A stretch of 64,000 nt of DNA from assembly GCA_963724765.1 (NCBI GenBank), contig CAVRVY010000001.1:1367148-1431147 (forward strand). The letters are read 5' to 3'. Positions within the stretch are counted from its first letter, which is position 1. Every line of letters starts with the position of its first letter. The position numbers were made by a program, and so were the translations under genes. Positions 1 to 9,345 of this stretch are shown here, in pieces. Under the pieces are notes generated by a model. That model did not search any database. It was not told the origin of the DNA and saw only the letters and a program-made list of their open reading frames with translations. This stretch comes from an uncultured delta proteobacterium (GTDB lineage: Bacteria > Desulfobacterota > Binatia > Binatales > Binataceae).

Positions 1-244
1 CGATGTCGTCCGGGCGGGGAAATTCGCCGACCAGGAGTCCCGGAAAAATTTCTGTCACCGACGGACGGCCGCGATTGTGCGCCACGTGGCTCTGATGATC
101 GGGTCGTTTGCTGAACCAGTCCATCTTTTGTGAAGTGTGCGATCGCGACAGCCCGCTCCTGCGCGCCGCTAATTTTCATTTTAGCTCATCAGCCTGAGGC
201 TCTAAACCTGGGAATCGCGGCGCTCGGTCAACCCCTTTGACTCC

Positions 245-329
245 TTCCGTCGTCCTGAGCGAAGGCTGCCGGAGCGAAGGATCTCGCGCGGTCTTCCGCG
301 CGTAATCCGCTACCTTCAGGATGACGGAA
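245..329. repeat. REP-like palindromic element (GTC[A/G]TCCTGAGCG...GAAGGATCT...TCAGGATGAC type), degenerate
   Basis: Terminal inverted repeat TTCCGTCGTCCTGA / TCAGGATGACGGAA with internal GAGCGAAGGATCTC; lies downstream of the 1472-aa gene. Confidence 0.6.
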
Positions 330-453
330 CACGGCTTGTGCTGAACGCTTGTATATCAATCTATAACTCAGCCCACTCGTGTCGCTCAGGTGCCAGGGTG
401 GCCGGCGAGCAAACCCTGACGCCGGTGGCCTAGAGCGTCAGCGCATGCTGCGC

Positions 454-3400
454 TCAGCCCTTGGCGCGACGGCCGCCGCGCGCCGACGCGCGGCGCGGCC
501 GATTCGCGGTGCGCGGCTCGTCGCCCGCCTCTCCAGCCGGCTGAGCGGTTTCCGCTGGGGCCACTGCGGTGCCGCCATCGTCGCTGTGCGCGCTATGCGC
601 GCGCATGGAGCGCTTGGCCGCGCTGGACAGCGGCAGTCTCTCGCCCAGCGCCAGCACCGCCGCACGCATCGCGTCGGCGAGCTTGCGATAGGCGCCGGTG
701 CCCTCGGCGTTGTCGGCGAGCGCGCGCAACTCGGCGTTGGTTATCACGCGGCCAATTCGGACTTCGACCGGGCGGCGATGCGGGATGATGCTGCCTTTGC
801 CGAGAACCTCGTAAGTGCCGCTGATACGTACCGGCAGCACGTCGCATCCGCCGCGCAGCGCCAGGTAACCCGCGCCGCTTTTGAATTCGTGGATCGCGCC
901 GTCGGGTGAGCGCGTGCCCTCGGGAAACATCAGGACGCTGCGCCCGGCATCAAGCTCGTCGATCGCGTCGTCGAGCGAGTCAAGCTGCGCGCGCTCGCGG
1001 TCGAACGGAATCAGGCGGGTGAAGTTGCTGACCACGAAGCGGCGCGCGTTGGTATTGAAGAAATAATCCTTGGCGGCGAGCACGACCAGCTCGCGGCCCG
1101 GCGCGCCCAGCGCGTAGCTGGTGAGCGCGAAGTCGAGATGGCTCGCGTGATTGGCGACCACCAGGAAGTTGCGATTCGCCGGCACGTTGCCGCGGCCCAG
1201 CACGCGCGGCTGGAGCCAACCGTCAAACGCCATCCGCTGCGCCCCGCGAAACGCCGCTTCGCCCAGGCGCTTGAGCGCCCCCGGCAAGATCGGCGTGAAC
1301 GGCTCGGCGAAGCGCGCGTATGACGGCAGCCGCGGGCGGTTCTGTCCCTGGCCCACGGCGCGTTGCAGATCGTCGACGGTGCGAAGGTCGCCTAGCTCCT
1401 CGGGGCTCAGCTCGCGCTCGGCGTGAGCCGCGATATGCTCGGCCAGTTCGGCCATCGCCAGCGAGTCGAGTCCGAGGTCTTCGATAAGCCGGGTCGCGGG
1501 CGTGATGCTCTCGATGCCGCTGGAGACCTGGGCGAGCGCCTGGGCTAGCCACGGCTCGACCTCGGAGCTGACCGCCGCACGCTCCTGGGCGTGGCTCTCG
1601 AGCATCCGCGCGAGGATCCCGACGACTTCGAGGCGCTTGACCTTGCGCGTGCGGGTCCGCGGCAGCTCGGTGTCGGTGAAACGCAGGATGCGGATGCGTT
1701 TGTGCGGGCTGAGTCCCGCGCCCACCTTTTCGAAATGCGTACGCAGGTTGTCTTCCACGGCGCGACGGCTTTCACCGCGTGCGTAAGCCGGTACCACCAG
1801 CGCCGCGGCCTGCTCGCCCAGGGCAACCTTAAGCCCGACGATCGCAATCTCCTTGATATACGACGAGTGTCCGTAAACTTCTTCGAGTTCGTCGATATAA
1901 ATATTGTTGCCGCCGGAGTCGACGATCACGTCCTTGGCGCGGCCAACGATGTAGAGCCGTCCGTCTTCGTCGAGGCGGCCGAGGTCTCCGGTGCGGAGCC
2001 ACCCTTCGTGCAACACCTCGTCGGTGGCGGCTTTGTTGTGGTAGTAACCCGCCATCACGTTCGGCCCGCGCGCCAGGATTTCGCCCACTGTGCCGTCGCC
2101 GCTGGAGGCGAGCTTGATTTCGACGCCATTGAGCGGCTTGCCGACCGACCCGGCGGCCATCGGTTCGTCCGGGCGCGCGACGCTCAGCACTGGCGCGGCC
2201 TCGGTCAGGCCGTAACCCTCGAGTAGCCGTATCCCGATGTCGTTGAAGAAGCTGGCTACGCGTTGCGGCAGCGCCGCGCCGCCGCTCACCGCGAGCCGCA
2301 GCCGCCCGCCAAGCGCGGTATGGGCCTGGCGGAAGAGCATCGCGCCGGCATTGAGACCCCATTCGCTGTCGAACCTGCGGTTGAGATCGCGCAGGCGATC
2401 GAACAACGCGTGGAGGAAGGGCCCTTGCGCCTCGACCCCGTCGACGATGCGGCGATGCACCGCCTCCCACAGCGCGGGCACGCCGACCACCGCGGTCGGC
2501 CGCACGTCGGCCAGCGTGCGCGCGAGGCTCGCGGCGTCCACGCCGAGCGGATAGACCACGGTCGCGCCGAGCGCGAGCGGCAACAGCATCCCGCACGTGA
2601 ACTCGAAGGTGTGATGGAGCGGGAGCAGTGAGAGCACCACGTCGGAGGAATCGAGCGCAAAGACCCGCGCGAGCATCGCTACTTCGGCGGCGAAATTCCC
2701 ATGCGTGAGCATCACGCCCTTGGGCGCGCCGGTGGTGCCGGAGGTAAAAACGATGGAGGCGAGGGTCTTGCGCTCGGCGGCGGGCCGCGGGTCGGGCCGC
2801 CCTTTGAGCACGAAGGGACGGCTCAGCTCGGCGAACTCGAACTCGACGATCTCGCTGTTCAGCTCAGCCAGTGCGCCGCCCAGCCGCTTGGCGACGGCCG
2901 CCGAGCATAGCGCCGCAGCGGGCGTAGCGATGCGGCAGATGGGCGCCAGCTCTTCGGGCGAAATCAGATGGTCCAGCGGTACGGCGACCGCACCGGCGGC
3001 GAGAATCGAAAAATATGCGAGCACCCACTCGGGCGAGTTCTCGCCGATGAGCAGCACGCGGTCGCCCGTCTTGACCCCGCGCATCCCGAGCAACAGGCCG
3101 GCGCGATGCGCACCGTCGCGCAGCTCGCGGAAGGTGGACGTGATGCGCTCGCCCGAGGGTTGCCGCGCAACCAGCGCGGGCCGCGAGCCGTAGCGCTCAG
3201 CCGCGCGGTCCAGCATTTCGGCCAGGGTGCGATGGCGCGCCGGAGCGCTGGGGCGGCCGCGGGTATGCAGATCGAGCGAGCCGAAGATGTGCCGGCGCAG
3301 TCCCGGCAGATGCACGTTGATCCAGTAGTCCGCCCAATCGATTCGTTCGGGCGCGTAGGGATGATGCTCGGCGTCGGCACTCGCGAGCGATTTGTAGAGC

Positions 3401-4872
3401 GCGCGGATGTTGGTGCCGTGGAAGGTGTAGACGAGTTCCTGGATGTATGGGCGATAGACCTCAACCAGCTCGCGCGCCATTGCGGTGTTGGCGCCAAACT
3501 TGTCGACGCTCTGCGCGAACTTTTTCGCGCGCTCGGAGTCCTCGCCAAGCAGCGTGCGCGCGGCGCCGGCGCCCTGCTTGAGCAACTCGGGCAGCGTCTG
3601 GCTCGCGAGCTCGTAAGTGCTCTGCGAGACGACCACCGCCTCCAGGTGCGGTGCAAAGCGGCCCATGGGACCGCCCACGCGGCGATGCTCGCGACGGTTG
3701 CTGAGCCCGGTCAGCTCGACCAGCCGGCGCATCGGCAACGGATTCACGTCGGACGTGCAGAGCTGGTAGATGGGTTTGTGGCGTCCGGCGAGCAGTGCCG
3801 CGAGAATCGGGATCATCGCGTGCGCTGCAAGGTCGACCGGAATGACGTCGAGCACCAGCTCGCCCTTGGCCGGGTACAGGCGATAACCGCGGCCGGAAAG
3901 ATAAGTCAACGGAGCGCTGGTGTTGACGCCCTGGTTCCATCCGGGGAACGGGTCGCGGAGCGCGCTTTCGATGATCGAGGGGCGCGCCACCGTGGCGGCA
4001 ATCGTGTCCTGCGCCGCGAACACCAGTTGCTCGCCGAGGCTCTTGCTGTAGCTGTAGGTGTTGGGCCATCCCCAGCGCCGCGCGCGCTCCAGGCCAATCT
4101 CCTTGAGCCGTTCTTCGACCCAGCGCTTGCGCCAGCGCTCGGCCGCCGCTTCGTGGACGTCGCCGCCGTCGGCGTCCGCATTGACCACGTGCAGCTCGTC
4201 GGCCTGGCGCGCCTGGTCGTGGGATTCCGCTTCCACGCGGGCGACCGCGGCGAGCGCGTCGCGGATTTCGCGCCGCAGCGTGAAATTGCGCCGGCCGTTG
4301 GGACACCAGTCGGTCGGTATGTCGTCCTCGAAACGATGGCCGTCCGCGTTGCCCGCGGCGTAGCAGGTCGAAACATGGAGCAGCGCGGCGCCGCGCTTGC
4401 GGCAGAACTCGATCACGTTGGCAACGCCGGTGGTGTTGACCGACAGCGACTTCTCCAGCGAGGCCTCGAAGTTGACCAGTCCCGCGCAATGCACCACCGC
4501 GTCGATCGCGCCGCGGCCCGGCGCCTCGCCCTCGGAGACCAGGTCGTCCTCGGTGATGTCGCCGCAGAGCACGGAAAGCTTTTCCTCGACGTAGCGGTCG
4601 AAGCGGTCGCCAAGGTGTTCGCGCAAAGGACCGAACACGGGCGAGTCGAGAATTTCGCGGCGCAAGCGGCTGAGCGCGAGGCGGCGGTCGCCGCGGATGA
4701 GCAGGTAGATGCGCTCGATCTCGGGATGCCAGCGCAGGAGCAGCGAGAGGAAGACCTTGCCGAGAAAGCCGGTCGCGCCGGTCAGCAGGATGCGGCGGTG
4801 GCGCAGCGTCTGTTCGAGCGGCGCCATCGCGGTGCGCGCGGCGCTGCCGTTAGTTCCATTGCTATTCGACAT
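454..4872 (-). CDS. elbD: Multidomain fatty acyl reductase / acyl-AMP ligase / ACP / acyltransferase (ElbD-like ether-lipid enzyme)
   Basis: N-terminal TGATGFLG and YSYSK (FAR-type SDR); FTSGTTGAPKG, GYGLTE, TGDLG (adenylation domain); LGLDSL (phosphopantetheine site); NHASHLD and FPEGTRS (PlsC-type acyltransferase). Domain order matches Myxococcus ElbD. Confidence 0.85.
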   Translation of the reverse strand: MSNSNGTNGSAARTAMAPLEQTLRHRRILLTGATGFLGKVFLSLLLRWHPEIERIYLLIRGDRRLALSRLRREILDSPVFGPLREHLGDRFDRYVEEKLSVLCGDITEDDLVSEGEAPGRGAIDAVVHCAGLVNFEASLEKSLSVNTTGVANVIEFCRKRGAALLHVSTCYAAGNADGHRFEDDIPTDWCPNGRRNFTLRREIRDALAAVARVEAESHDQARQADELHVVNADADGGDVHEAAAERWRKRWVEERLKEIGLERARRWGWPNTYSYSKSLGEQLVFAAQDTIAATVARPSIIESALRDPFPGWNQGVNTSAPLTYLSGRGYRLYPAKGELVLDVIPVDLAAHAMIPILAALLAGRHKPIYQLCTSDVNPLPMRRLVELTGLSNRREHRRVGGPMGRFAPHLEAVVVSQSTYELASQTLPELLKQGAGAARTLLGEDSERAKKFAQSVDKFGANTAMARELVEVYRPYIQELVYTFHGTNIRALYKSLASADAEHHPYAPERIDWADYWINVHLPGLRRHIFGSLDLHTRGRPSAPARHRTLAEMLDRAAERYGSRPALVARQPSGERITSTFRELRDGAHRAGLLLGMRGVKTGDRVLLIGENSPEWVLAYFSILAAGAVAVPLDHLISPEELAPICRIATPAAALCSAAVAKRLGGALAELNSEIVEFEFAELSRPFVLKGRPDPRPAAERKTLASIVFTSGTTGAPKGVMLTHGNFAAEVAMLARVFALDSSDVVLSLLPLHHTFEFTCGMLLPLALGATVVYPLGVDAASLARTLADVRPTAVVGVPALWEAVHRRIVDGVEAQGPFLHALFDRLRDLNRRFDSEWGLNAGAMLFRQAHTALGGRLRLAVSGGAALPQRVASFFNDIGIRLLEGYGLTEAAPVLSVARPDEPMAAGSVGKPLNGVEIKLASSGDGTVGEILARGPNVMAGYYHNKAATDEVLHEGWLRTGDLGRLDEDGRLYIVGRAKDVIVDSGGNNIYIDELEEVYGHSSYIKEIAIVGLKVALGEQAAALVVPAYARGESRRAVEDNLRTHFEKVGAGLSPHKRIRILRFTDTELPRTRTRKVKRLEVVGILARMLESHAQERAAVSSEVEPWLAQALAQVSSGIESITPATRLIEDLGLDSLAMAELAEHIAAHAERELSPEELGDLRTVDDLQRAVGQGQNRPRLPSYARFAEPFTPILPGALKRLGEAAFRGAQRMAFDGWLQPRVLGRGNVPANRNFLVVANHASHLDFALTSYALGAPGRELVVLAAKDYFFNTNARRFVVSNFTRLIPFDRERAQLDSLDDAIDELDAGRSVLMFPEGTRSPDGAIHEFKSGAGYLALRGGCDVLPVRISGTYEVLGKGSIIPHRRPVEVRIGRVITNAELRALADNAEGTGAYRKLADAMRAAVLALGERLPLSSAAKRSMRAHSAHSDDGGTAVAPAETAQPAGEAGDEPRTANRPRRASARGGRRAKG

Positions 4873-6502
4873 CAGCGATCACCAGCGGCGGTAAGTGGAG
4901 ATAGGTGATACTGGCCGAGCGCCCCAGATCCGACGTCGCCATCGCGATCGCCTCGTCCAGCGTGTCGGCCGACTCCCATCCCATACGCGTTGCGACTTCC
5001 GGCTCCTCGCATCCTGCGGCGATTACCCGTCCTACGTGCTGGCGAGCCGGCTCGCCCCAGTACCACATGTAGAACGGATGCACGCCGTGATAGGCATGGC
5101 CGTAGCGATACATGTGAACGTAGGTCGGGTTGCGTGCGAACTCGGCTTCGAAGTTGCGCTCCAGCTCGGTGGCCTCGGTGGTCTCGCGCAGGCAGCGATG
5201 GAAGAACTCGATGTAACTCGGATGATGCTCGGGGTGAAACTGATCGCGCAACGGATGACAGATGATCACGGTACCGCCTTCGCGTACCAGCGGCTTGCCG
5301 CGGAACATGTTGAACAGGTAGCCAAGACCCGTGCACTGCACCAGCACCGGGTTCATCACCGAGTTGACGTTGTAGGGGCAGACGTAGGGAACGCCTACGA
5401 TCAGCACGTCGGACTGGCCCTTGACCGGCACCGCGTATTGCTGGAACACGCGGGCCAGCGCCTTGCGATGCACCGCGTCGGTCTCGCCCGCCCACACGCC
5501 GGTCATCGAATAGGGCGCGGCGTATTGATTGAGCACCTGGCGGCGCAGTGAATCCGACATGTTGCCGAGCGTCCAGCGAAAGCCCTTCAACCGCATCCGA
5601 TCCCAATCCGAGAAGCGGTCCTCGTTCTTCTGCAGAAAATCGAGCATCCCGCCGTACATCTGGTTGTTGATCGCGGTCTCGATGGTGAAGACATTGACGT
5701 GCTCGTTGACCAGGCGGCCCATCCGGTTGGCCGAGTGATGCAGCGCCGATCGCGTCGGGTCCATGTAGGAATTGCACTGGCGCAGCGTGGCCGGGTTGTG
5801 ATGGTGGCGCAGGCTCTGGTAGGGCGCGAGGCCGACCGCGACGGATTTGTGGCCGCCGTCCATCGGGACCAGGTTGATGTTGAGATAGAGCAGCAGGTCG
5901 GACTCGGCCGCGCGGCGTGAGAGCCATACCTCCTCGCCATGATCGGTCTTGCCCAGCATCGCCAGCTCGGCGCGATTCTCGGCGTCGAAGTTATACAGCC
6001 GTTCGGGCCAGAACTCCTTGAACGCGCGCTCGCCCACCATGCGGCGAATCTCGGCCTCGGTCATGCGCCGATGGAGCGAGGTTGCGACGATCAGATGGAC
6101 ATCGTCGACGCCGTAGTCGGCGAGCGTCTGGAGTACGATGTTGAGCGCGCGCTCGCGGATATCGGGCCGGCGCATCTGCGGCAGCGGCAGGCTGATGTCG
6201 TCGATCGCGATCGTGACGCGCATGTTGGGATTGAGCTGCGCGAACAGCGGATCGGCGTTTTCAGGACGTAACAGCGCGTAGCGGATCGCGGCATCAGGAT
6301 TGGCCAGCGGCTCCAGCGGCGGCGGGGGATAGATCACTCGCGTGCCGGCGGGCAGCTTCTCGTACCAGAAGTCGTCGCCATAGGCGATGAGCCGCGGCGC
6401 CGAGCGCCGGTTGAGCGTCACCACCAGGTCTCGGCGCGCGCCGGGCTCGTGCCGGAGTTCGGCGGTCTTCAGCTCTTTGAGCTTACCTTCCGGTCGCGCC
6501 AT
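4862..6502 (-). CDS. Lactate racemase (LarA/DUF2088) domain protein, ElbC-like
   Basis: VTIAIDDISLP, IVATSLHRRM and DGGHKS motifs of the LarA N-terminal domain; start re-set to MARPEG (6502) behind GGGAGAG; overlaps both neighbours. Confidence 0.75.
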   Translation of the reverse strand: MARPEGKLKELKTAELRHEPGARRDLVVTLNRRSAPRLIAYGDDFWYEKLPAGTRVIYPPPPLEPLANPDAAIRYALLRPENADPLFAQLNPNMRVTIAIDDISLPLPQMRRPDIRERALNIVLQTLADYGVDDVHLIVATSLHRRMTEAEIRRMVGERAFKEFWPERLYNFDAENRAELAMLGKTDHGEEVWLSRRAAESDLLLYLNINLVPMDGGHKSVAVGLAPYQSLRHHHNPATLRQCNSYMDPTRSALHHSANRMGRLVNEHVNVFTIETAINNQMYGGMLDFLQKNEDRFSDWDRMRLKGFRWTLGNMSDSLRRQVLNQYAAPYSMTGVWAGETDAVHRKALARVFQQYAVPVKGQSDVLIVGVPYVCPYNVNSVMNPVLVQCTGLGYLFNMFRGKPLVREGGTVIICHPLRDQFHPEHHPSYIEFFHRCLRETTEATELERNFEAEFARNPTYVHMYRYGHAYHGVHPFYMWYWGEPARQHVGRVIAAGCEEPEVATRMGWESADTLDEAIAMATSDLGRSASITYLHLPPLVIADVE

Positions 6503-7280
6503 CCGTAGCTCTCCCCAGCCAGTCCAGCAGCCACGTCCCGGTTGAGCTGCCGTCGCGGACGGGCTCGGCGTCATGGCTGAAACGAACAATGGGCCATTTG
6601 CGATTGTGCGCGGCGGCGAGCAGGCGGCGATCGGGATTGACGGCCACCGGATGCCCCAGCGCGCAGAGAAAGGGTAAGTCGTAGTATGAGTCGGCGTATC
6701 CCCAGCATCCCGCCATGTCGACGCGGCACGCCTCAGTGAAGCTTTCGCACCACTGCGACTTCTCGGAACCCGCCATCACCGGCTCCAGCATCCGGCCCGT
6801 AGCGAGTCCGCGGCTGTAGACCAGGCGGTTGGCGGCGAAATATTCGATCTTGAGGCGGCGCGCGAGCGGCTCGACCAGGAAATCAGGCGACCCGGTAACC
6901 AGCACCGGTTCGATTCCGGCGGCGCGATTGGCCTCGAGCATTTCGATCGCGCGCGGATACAGATGGCGCATCAGCACCCGGTCGCAATACTCGTCTCCAA
7001 GTTCCCACAGACGGTCGCGCGAGACCCCCTTGTAGGCCTCGAACAGCATCATGTTGAGCAGCCGGCGGTCGTGACGCTCGGCCATGTAGAGCCGCGGAAG
7101 GCTGAGCGCGAGACGGGCGAGATAGCCGGCACGTCCGCTCCATTCGCCCAGGTTGGCCATGTAGAAGACGGTGGCGTGCAGCAGGTTGAGACTGGCCAGC
7201 GTGCCGTCGAGGTCGTAAAAGGCCAGCACCTTAGCCCGGCCGCGGGAGCTGCGTCCCGTTCTGGTCGCATAAACTGACAT
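6483..7280 (-). CDS. HAD-IB family hydrolase/phosphatase, ElbB-like
   Basis: FYDLDGTL motif I, LVTGS motif II, GYADSYYDLPFL motif IV, PVAVNPD. Confidence 0.88.
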   Translation of the reverse strand: MSVYATRTGRSSRGRAKVLAFYDLDGTLASLNLLHATVFYMANLGEWSGRAGYLARLALSLPRLYMAERHDRRLLNMMLFEAYKGVSRDRLWELGDEYCDRVLMRHLYPRAIEMLEANRAAGIEPVLVTGSPDFLVEPLARRLKIEYFAANRLVYSRGLATGRMLEPVMAGSEKSQWCESFTEACRVDMAGCWGYADSYYDLPFLCALGHPVAVNPDRRLLAAAHNRKWPIVRFSHDAEPVRDGSSTGTWLLDWLGRATDGATGR

Positions 7281-7281
7281 G

Positions 7282-7932
7282 TCATTCTACCTTGGGCCCA
7301 GAAACAGCGCGCTCAGCCGTTGGCAATTCGCCACGCCGGCGGGCTTCGTCGAGCAACTCCGGGCGCGCCACGCCACCCAGTCCGAAGGCCAGAATTTCTT
7401 CGACTAGCGAATCGATCTCACGCGGGCGCCGGCGCGCGATCTGGCCGACCACCTCCTTGATTCCGCCCAGGATGCAATAGGCGGCGATGCGCGTGTCGCA
7501 GGGACGCACGAGGTTCATCTGCACGCCCAGGTCCAGCGAACGCTGGATGGCGTCGGCGATGCGCTGGTAGAATTCCAGGATCCGCAAATCGAGGTCGCGG
7601 TCGAAACCCACCGAGTGGTTGAGCAGGATATCGGTCAATTCGCGCTCCGCCAGCACGAAATTCATCACGCGCTTGAGGTTGTCGCGCAGTTGATTGACCG
7701 GGTCGGGTTCATCCGCGCGCAGGCGCTGGATGCGTCGTGAAAGCTCGGTTAGCACTTGGGCGAGCAGTTCCTCGAAGAGATCCTTCTTGTTTTGAAAGTA
7801 GAGGTAGAAGGTACCTCGTGCGATACGAGCGCGGGCGATGATATCAGCGACATTGGTCCGATGATAGCCTTTGCGCGCGAATATCCGCTTGGCATGGCGC
7901 AACACCTGGGCGCGCCGGGCCTGTCGTTCCAT
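7282..7932 (-). CDS. TetR/AcrR family transcriptional regulator
   Basis: N-terminal HTH KGYHRTNVADIIARARIARGTFYLYFQNKKDLF. Confidence 0.92.
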   Translation of the reverse strand: MERQARRAQVLRHAKRIFARKGYHRTNVADIIARARIARGTFYLYFQNKKDLFEELLAQVLTELSRRIQRLRADEPDPVNQLRDNLKRVMNFVLAERELTDILLNHSVGFDRDLDLRILEFYQRIADAIQRSLDLGVQMNLVRPCDTRIAAYCILGGIKEVVGQIARRRPREIDSLVEEILAFGLGGVARPELLDEARRRGELPTAERAVSGPKVE

Positions 7933-7957
7933 TACAAGAAAACCTCAGGAGAATAAG

Positions 7958-7986
7958 ACCCTATCGGCCCGTTCCGGTAGTGTCAA
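7958..7986 (-). promoter_or_regulatory. sigma70-type promoter of the tetR-elb operon
   Basis: Minus strand TTGACA-17 nt-TAGGGT, about 25 nt upstream of the tetR ATG. Confidence 0.6.
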
Positions 7987-7996
7987 ACCTTCCCTT

Positions 7997-8005
7997 TGTG
8001 GATAA
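7997..8005 (-). promoter_or_regulatory. Perfect DnaA-box sequence TTATCCACA
   Basis: + strand TGTGGATAA, 10 nt upstream of the -35 hexamer; single copy only. Confidence 0.35.
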
Positions 8006-8034
8006 CCTCCACGCCGCGGTCGGGCTTTCGATGC

Positions 8035-8511
8035 TCACGGAGAAGGTGGCGACGGCGGGCACGGACTGCAAGCCGACGCCGGCTGTCCGACGCCTATCAG
8101 CACCGGCGGGCTTATCACCGTCCCGGAGGCGGCCGTAATACACGTGCACCCCGTCACCGTGTGCGAGGTGAAGAAGCCTTGACCCTCACTGGTGAGGAGC
8201 GAATTGTTGACGAACCAGTTTGCCGACGGCGAGATATTCTGGAAAGTGCTGATCCCGTTGGAGCTGAACTCACCCTGGGCATAGAACTCGTAGTCGTCGG
8301 TGCTGAGCGGAATCTCAGCCGAGGTGGCTTGTGTACACGCGGCCCCGGTTGATGGAGCCTGCGCGCAGACCCGCATCACTATCAGCGTTATCGGCGTGAC
8401 GGTAGGAGACGGGGCCGAGCTGCTCGAGCCGCCGCCGCAACTGAGCAGCAGCGTCGTCATCACGAAAGCCAGTACAGGCCCGACAATCAAGCATCTTTTT
8501 TGCCACATCAA
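8035..8511 (-). CDS. Lipoprotein, Cys-rich, possible Ig-like domain
   Basis: Lipobox LLSC followed by a GGGSSSS linker; beta-rich body with paired Cys; Pro-rich C-terminus. Confidence 0.65.
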   Translation of the reverse strand: MMWQKRCLIVGPVLAFVMTTLLLSCGGGSSSSAPSPTVTPITLIVMRVCAQAPSTGAACTQATSAEIPLSTDDYEFYAQGEFSSNGISTFQNISPSANWFVNNSLLTSEGQGFFTSHTVTGCTCITAASGTVISPPVLIGVGQPASACSPCPPSPPSP

Positions 8512-9038
8512 GCATCCAGCTATGCCGTGGTAGCTCCAGCGCTGTCAAGCAGAGGCGCCAGAAACTAGACATGCCGGCCCTAAATTCTTCCCGTCAGATG
8601 GGTGGAGAGGCGGGAGTGATTCGAAATCGAAGCTGGAGAGTCGCCAGACAAGGAACGGCGGGCATCGAGAGAGGGGGGAGGCTCCCCGATGCCCGCCCGT
8701 TCGGGCCCGCCTTTCGGCGGACATCGTTCGGCTGCCGGGAGGAGGTTGCAACCGAAGTGCGGTGCAGTGAAAACTGCCAACAAATCCGCACTCAAAAGAT
8801 TCGACGATGACCCGGCGGGATTATTCAGAGGGCTCCGCGGACCGGCTTTTAGGCCGCAGTCGAGCACCACCAGAGAAGTTCCCAGGGAAAAAAGAAAAGG
8901 GCCGGAGGGCAAACTCCGGCCCGAAATCCAGTCCGCCGTCTGTGTCCTTTATCGCGATCCGGCTACTATCCCCGTGAAGCTGCCGGATGCCATACAAAGA
9001 CCTTCAGACGGACGAGGTCTTCCCAGCCAAGGCAACGC

Positions 9039-9227
9039 CTAAAGAGAGGCCACCACTGTGGCAAAAAAAGTTGCAAGATTCTCCGCAAACGCTTTGATCC
9101 CGAGCCCTAATCCCGCATAGGCGGAATAGGCCGCAACGCCGACGAAAAACACGACCATTGAATATTCCGTGAAAGTCTGACCATTGCTCGACTTTCGCAT
9201 CTTTGCCAAAACTCCGTTCAAATCCAT
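9039..9227 (-). CDS. Flp/Fap family type IVb pilin
   Basis: 62 aa; basic leader, G|QTFTEY prepilin motif, hydrophobic helix; GAGGAG RBS before ATG at 9227. Confidence 0.8.
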   Translation of the reverse strand: MDLNGVLAKMRKSSNGQTFTEYSMVVFFVGVAAYSAYAGLGLGIKAFAENLATFFATVVASL

Positions 9228-9330
9228 CGCAATACTCCTCACCACCCCTTTTTTTGTGAGAGACCACGAAGCGTTCTGCGTCCCCATCGACCCTCCGGGC
9301 AGCTGATAGCAGGCCCGACGTGAACAAACG

Positions 9331-9345
9331 GCAAATCTAACGCCA
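9331..9345 (-). promoter_or_regulatory. sigma54 (-24/-12) promoter upstream of the pilin
   Basis: Minus strand TGGCGTTAGATTTGC (GG-N10-GC) in AT-rich intergenic DNA. Confidence 0.55.

Noticed and set aside
454-4872. NRPS/PKS secondary-metabolite synthetase
   Set aside because: No condensation, ketosynthase or thioesterase domains; FAR and PlsC domains point to lipid synthesis
2968-4908. 646-aa plus-strand ORF and other long antisense ORFs (e.g. 38213-39919, 32389-33609, 26019-27098)
   Set aside because: Shadow ORFs opposite well-supported high-GC genes; no recognisable motifs
8763-8779. Possible sigma54 promoter TGGCAGTTTTCACTGC for the lipoprotein
   Set aside because: GG-GC spacing is 11 nt, not the required 10
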